Translations under genes and position numbers: made by a program | Assembly (NCBI GenBank): GCA_904419545.1 | Contig: CAJFRY010000003.1 | Coordinates: 30,230-94,229, forward strand | Origin: Candidatus Woodwardiibium gallinarum | GTDB lineage: Bacteria > Bacillota > Clostridia > Oscillospirales > CAG-382 | Length of the DNA stretch: 64,000 nucleotides | Direction of reading: 5' to 3' | Notes under the pieces: model-generated | Database searches by the model: none | What the model saw: the letters and a program-made list of their open reading frames with translations, nothing else | Told to the model about the DNA's origin: nothing | Shown here: positions 60,305 to 64,000 of the stretch, piece after piece | Position numbering within the stretch: the stretch's first letter is position 1 | How the letters are laid out: the number at the start of each line of letters is the position of its first letter

Positions 60305-60368
60305 CCGCATAAAATCCGCCGGTGCGGACCGGCGGGCAAAAGACAAAAAAACAGGCGATGCCTGTTTT
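60305..60368 (-). terminator. two tandem intrinsic-terminator-like hairpins within the speA 5' leader
   Basis: On the minus strand, ACAGGC-AUCG-GCCUGU + UUUUUUUG is followed by CGCCGGU-CCGCA-CCGGCG + GAUUUUAU. Both end less than 20 nt before the speA RBS. Confidence 0.45.
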
Positions 60369-60726
60369 GCGCACCACCTGCATTCATACCGTGTCGGCAA
60401 CCGCATAAAGGCACGCAGCATAAGGCGCGCTTTGCGGGATGAACCGATAAGCCAAGGGATAGTATGATCGTTCGTTTCATTCAGAGCTTAAATAGCAAAT
60501 ATACTGTTACTACTCTTATTGACCGTTTCACAAGTGTGTGCACTCGCACTGATTGAAAAAATACAACTTATAAAATTTGAGCTTCAAACTCAATCAATAA
60601 TGTGGTCTCTAACCACGCGCGGCAGTTGACCGGCCTGTCCGTAGGCTTAACCTTTCAAATTGCTTTTTGAAAGTGGTCATATATTTGCATGAACGAAGCG
60701 ATCTTACAGCTATTCATGTCTTGTAT

Positions 60727-60755
60727 AGGATATCACAATCGTGTCCGACTGTCAA
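60727..60755 (-). promoter_or_regulatory. candidate promoter TTGACA-17-TGaTATCCT on the minus strand, about 430 nt upstream of speA
   Basis: Hexamers read on the reverse complement: -35 at 60755..60750 and -10 at 60732..60727. Confidence 0.35.
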
Positions 60756-60859
60756 GAGTTTGTGCAAAGAAAGTAGTAAAAATTCCGTTTTCGCCGAAAA
60801 AACGCAGATTGAAAAAGCCGTTTTGTCGCGGATTGGGCATTCGGCTCGCGATTTGTCAC

Positions 60860-60888
60860 TTGAAAATGCCGTAAAATTATGCTATAAT
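60860..60888 (+). promoter_or_regulatory. consensus promoter TTGAAA-17-TGcTATAAT on the plus strand, pointing antisense into the glycosylase gene and toward the Fic gene
   Basis: Hexamers and spacing read directly. Confidence 0.35.
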
Positions 60889-60906
60889 GCCATTTGTTAA
60901 AAAGGC

Positions 60907-61410
60907 TTACAACCATTCGGCAATTTGCCGCCACTCAGCGACCAGCCGCTCGAAGCTGCAGGCGGCGTTGGCCGGGCTCGTCGAGGGGAGGACTATGGCC
61001 GGCCGGCCGGTTTCCGGCTGAATTCGTTTGACGTAGAGCACGTATGCGGTTTTTCCGTTGGTGAAAATTTGGCGAATGTCGCTGCCTGCCAGCAGGGGTG
61101 AGATATCGTTCGGCAGTGCGTTCCGGATGCTTCCGTCGGCTGAGCCGGCGATCTCACAGCGCCCGATCACATCCCAGACCGCAATGCGGTTTGAAAGGAG
61201 GAAGCGTTTTTTCTCCTCCGTACTTTCCGGCTTTTCACGGCCCAATACGGCGGCAAGCACGCGCCAGAAGCGGTTCTGCGGATGGCCGTAGAAGAAATTG
61301 GTCTCTCTGGATTTGACGGAGGGAAAACTGCCTAAAATCAGGATGCGGGAGTTTTCGTTCCAAACCGGTGCAATGGGATGAAGCTGTACGTTGCGTTGAA
61401 GCTCGGCCAT
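60907..61410 (-). CDS. DNA-deoxyinosine glycosylase (UDG-superfamily, hypoxanthine-DNA glycosylase type)
   Basis: Motifs ILILGSFPS and HPQNRFW. The start was set at the ATG at 61410 (MAELQ). Confidence 0.7.
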   Translation of the reverse strand: MAELQRNVQLHPIAPVWNENSRILILGSFPSVKSRETNFFYGHPQNRFWRVLAAVLGREKPESTEEKKRFLLSNRIAVWDVIGRCEIAGSADGSIRNALPNDISPLLAGSDIRQIFTNGKTAYVLYVKRIQPETGRPAIVLPSTSPANAACSFERLVAEWRQIAEWL

Positions 61411-61501
61411 AACAAGGATCCTTTCGGGGTTTTTGTTTATTTTACGCGCTGCAGCGACGTTTTGCAAGGTCTTTGCGTAATATTTTTTTCAATGAAACGG
61501 G

Positions 61502-62281
61502 GTGAACCCTACGGACGACTGCCTTCTCAAATCGCTGTTGGCTGAAAAGCGGCTGTCTTACGGAGGCGGGATTTATCGTTATACACAGGTCGCATTCGCT
61601 TATCATTCCTGTGCGATCGACGGCGGCGAGCTGACCTATGAGCAGGTTGAGTCGCTTTATGACGCCTACACCGTGCCGACGCAGCAGGGCGACGTCGTTT
61701 CGGTCGGCGACATTATGACAGCCTTTAACCATTTTGCGTTGTTTGATGTGATGCTTGAGGGTGCAAAGGGGCCGCTTACCGAGGAAGAAATCAAGAATTA
61801 TCACTCCGTCCTCAAGCGGGGAACGATAGACGAGCGGCGGCGGTGGTTTGCCGTCGGGGATTACAAAACCGTGCCGAATGTGCTCGGACCCGGTTTGGTC
61901 GAGACTTCGCCGCCTGAGAAAACCCAGTCGGATATGCGCAGACTGCTCAAGCGTTACGCGGCCGTCCGTACGCCGAAGCTGGAGGATATTCTTGACTTTC
62001 ACTATCGTTTCGAGGTGATTCATCCGTTTCAGGACTGCAACGGCATCATCGGCCGCATGCTTGTTTATAAGGAATGCCTCAATTATGGGCTTGTGCCGTC
62101 GTTGCCCGACTGTGAGCGGCGGGAAACGTATATTTCGGGACTTGACGAATACCACAGAAATAAGAAGAAACTTTGGGAAGAATTTGTTCGCTGCCAATCG
62201 CTGTACGGCGAAGTATGTGAAGCATATTTTGAAAAGAAGAAAAATACGAAAACAGAGTCTGTTTTCTCCGAATACATATGA
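61502..62281 (+). CDS. Fic/DOC family protein with a degenerate active-site motif
   Basis: HPFQDCNGIIGR, against the canonical HPFx[DE]GNGRxxR. GTG start at 61502. Confidence 0.65.
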   Translation: MNPTDDCLLKSLLAEKRLSYGGGIYRYTQVAFAYHSCAIDGGELTYEQVESLYDAYTVPTQQGDVVSVGDIMTAFNHFALFDVMLEGAKGPLTEEEIKNYHSVLKRGTIDERRRWFAVGDYKTVPNVLGPGLVETSPPEKTQSDMRRLLKRYAAVRTPKLEDILDFHYRFEVIHPFQDCNGIIGRMLVYKECLNYGLVPSLPDCERRETYISGLDEYHRNKKKLWEEFVRCQSLYGEVCEAYFEKKKNTKTESVFSEYI

Positions 62282-62305
62282 GTTGGAAAGGGAGCGTGCG
62301 TTTGC

Positions 62306-63298
62306 TTGTCGGATAAGAGCTTCGGCTACCGCACTGTGGAGGCGTTGATGCGAATATACGGTACCCGACGGATCACGGATCGCAGCTATGAGGGTCTGCT
62401 GCGTTATGCAAGGCTTCGTGATGCCGTTCTTTCCGGCCGCCCGCCTCGTTTAATGTACGCTCGATATGAAATTGCGCCCTATTCCGTTGCGGGCTGCCCC
62501 GGCTATCGAATCGGACCGAAGGGGAAATGTGCGGAAAAGGCTGTGCTTTTTCTCCATGGCGGTGCGTTTGTGCTGCAAATCACACCCTTTCATTACCGCT
62601 GGATTGCGCATATGATCGATATGCTCGGCGTATGTGTGTATGTGCCGCTGTATCCGCTGGCGCCGCGGGAACGCTGCGACCGCGCGCTGGACAATCTGCT
62701 GTGCTACTACAAGCGCATCCTCCAGACTTATGGGGGAACTGATATCACGTTTGCGGGCGATTCTGCCGGCGGCTCGCTCTGCCTTTCGCTGGCAATGCTG
62801 GCGCGCGACCGCGCGCTCCCGCTGCCGGCACGGCTGGTGCTGCTTTCGCCTTGCTGCTCGCTCTGTGCGACGGAAAAGCAGCTTGAAGCGATGCGGCGGA
62901 TCGAAAAGTGCGACGTAATGCTGTCCACCAAAATGATTCACACCATCCCGCGGCTGATTGCACAGGATCTGGACCCAAAGCATTATCTTGCCAGCCCGCT
63001 GTACGGTGATTTTTCGGGCTTGCCGCCGATTCATATTTACAGCGGCACGGCGGATATCCTGTTCGTTCAGGCGCTGCTGCTGGTGGATCGTCTGAAAAAA
63101 TACGGCGCGCCGTATACCTTCCGTGTTGCGAAGGACAGGATGCATGTCTGGGCGTTGACGCCCTGCCGCGAGGGCCGTGCCGGACTGCTTGCGCTCATAC
63201 GCGCCGTCGCCGGGGAATGGGATCGGGAGGCGGAATCCCGAAGGGGAGTAGGTGTGTCTGCCGCAGGTAAAGAGAAAACGGTCAATCACGGACGTTAA
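62306..63298 (+). CDS. alpha/beta hydrolase (esterase/lipase, HGG + GDSAG type)
   Basis: Oxyanion-hole HGGAF and nucleophile elbow GDSAGG. TTG start at 62306 after GGAAAGGGAG; an alternative ATG lies at 62348. Confidence 0.7.
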   Translation: MSDKSFGYRTVEALMRIYGTRRITDRSYEGLLRYARLRDAVLSGRPPRLMYARYEIAPYSVAGCPGYRIGPKGKCAEKAVLFLHGGAFVLQITPFHYRWIAHMIDMLGVCVYVPLYPLAPRERCDRALDNLLCYYKRILQTYGGTDITFAGDSAGGSLCLSLAMLARDRALPLPARLVLLSPCCSLCATEKQLEAMRRIEKCDVMLSTKMIHTIPRLIAQDLDPKHYLASPLYGDFSGLPPIHIYSGTADILFVQALLLVDRLKKYGAPYTFRVAKDRMHVWALTPCREGRAGLLALIRAVAGEWDREAESRRGVGVSAAGKEKTVNHGR

Positions 63299-63613
63299 CA
63301 GTAAATAAGTACATTTTCGTTTTTTTGCCAGACCAGTGGCTTTTGCTGTACCGTTCGTGCGTGTCGAATGATATGGATTCGCTGCGAACGATGCGCATAC
63401 GGGGTGTCGCCATTTTGGACAATGACATAATGGCGTGGCGCCCTGCGGCGAAAGCCGTGATCAGGAAGGGTGAATCCAAGACGGCGCGGTTTTCGGCGGG
63501 GATGAAGTTCTCGTGTTCCGGTTTGTATATGGACCGATTGTGTTGAAGATGCAGGGAGATTTGTTAGAATTCCCTGATTATTACAGTGCTTTTTGCAGAA
63601 AAGGAGTTTTGTT

Positions 63614-64000
63614 ATGCCCGTATTCCTGATTGGAATGGTTCTCTTGCTCGCCGGAGCAATCGTTTATGTCGGCCTGCGCGCGATTCGCTGGCTTCGGACG
63701 ATGTTTGATTTCAAGCGCACCTATATTCTCTGGGTGGTGCTTGTGCTGCTGCCGCTGCTTTTTGTGTTTGGTGACATGCTGTCTGCATCGGCATTTGCCC
63801 GCGCGGTCACCATTACCGGCGGTGTTGCGATCGGTGTGTTTTTGTACATATTGTTGTTTACCGCTGCGGCGGATCTTATCGCACTGCTGTTGCGGCTGAC
63901 GCCGATTTCCCGAAAACCTGCCTTCCGCAGTCGGAGGACGCTGCGTGCTGTCGGATGTATCGTTCTTGCGTTGGGTGTATGTGTTTCGGCTTACGGTGTC
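63614..64000 (+). CDS. partial (5' end only) polytopic membrane protein; continues beyond the window
   Basis: RBS AAAGGAG 7 nt upstream of the ATG. At least three TM helices. No stop within the window, so it is absent from the ORF track. Confidence 0.45.
   Translation, partial: MPVFLIGMVLLLAGAIVYVGLRAIRWLRTMFDFKRTYILWVVLVLLPLLFVFGDMLSASAFARAVTITGGVAIGVFLYILLFTAAADLIALLLRLTPISRKPAFRSRRTLRAVGCIVLALGVCVSAYGV

Noticed and set aside
60667-60934. Small ORFs (77, 61 and 60 aa) in the AT-rich speA leader region
   Set aside because: They have low-complexity composition and no RBS. The region is better explained as a non-coding leader or promoter.
1-64000. tRNA/rRNA genes, CRISPR arrays, IS elements or prophage blocks
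   Set aside because: I scanned for T-loop-like GGTTCGAATCC motifs, spaced direct repeats and transposase or integrase families and found none. GC content is uniform apart from short AT-rich intergenic leaders.

Overview
This is a 64-kb chromosomal window from a high-GC (about 58%) Firmicutes/Clostridia-type genome; promoter, RBS, lipobox and riboswitch conventions fit that group, and a possible Oscillospiraceae/Ruminococcaceae affiliation is only a guess. It is densely coding and mostly core metabolism. About 55 credible CDS are called. They include a three-gene response regulator - histidine kinase - membrane protein operon beside a divergent C39-like peptidase, and nadB-nadC, metA, tsaC-coaE, lytic transglycosylase, M18 aminopeptidase, rubrerythrin, rpmB and murC. 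Also present are an ECF S-component, a lysine riboswitch (L-box) leading dapA-dapB, a citrate synthase - aconitase - isocitrate dehydrogenase operon, and a standalone three-Cys Gp37/Gp68 (DUF5131) gene. Further along are a UPF0210/UPF0237(ACT) pair, an Eis-like GNAT, a MerR-like (possible DUF1836) - NfeD - flotillin - membrane protein operon, a MATE transporter and an HMA metallochaperone. Two paralogous giant surface proteins with discoidin-like repeats and a DUF4855-like core are present; one of them sits in an operon of secreted lipoproteins plus a TIM-barrel isomerase. The window ends with asnS, an aminotransferase, cysE, a D-Ala-D-Ala carboxypeptidase, an NCS2 nucleobase permease, a six-gene polyamine operon (speA-speE-CANSDH-nspC-aguA-aguB), a DNA-deoxyinosine glycosylase, a Fic protein with a degenerate motif, and an alpha/beta hydrolase. 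No tRNA or rRNA gene, CRISPR array or obvious mobile element was seen. The most unusual non-coding signal is a roughly 430-nt leader upstream of the speA polyamine operon that ends in two tandem intrinsic-terminator hairpins just before the RBS; this is a candidate undescribed attenuator or riboswitch. Other points of interest are the standalone DUF5131 gene, the surface-protein cluster with no transporter, a candidate RR-binding tandem repeat, and an antisense consensus promoter over the glycosylase gene. Several ORF-track starts were corrected (GTG/TTG starts, N-terminal over-extensions), and long antisense ORFs rich in S/R/P/A were rejected as shadows of real genes.
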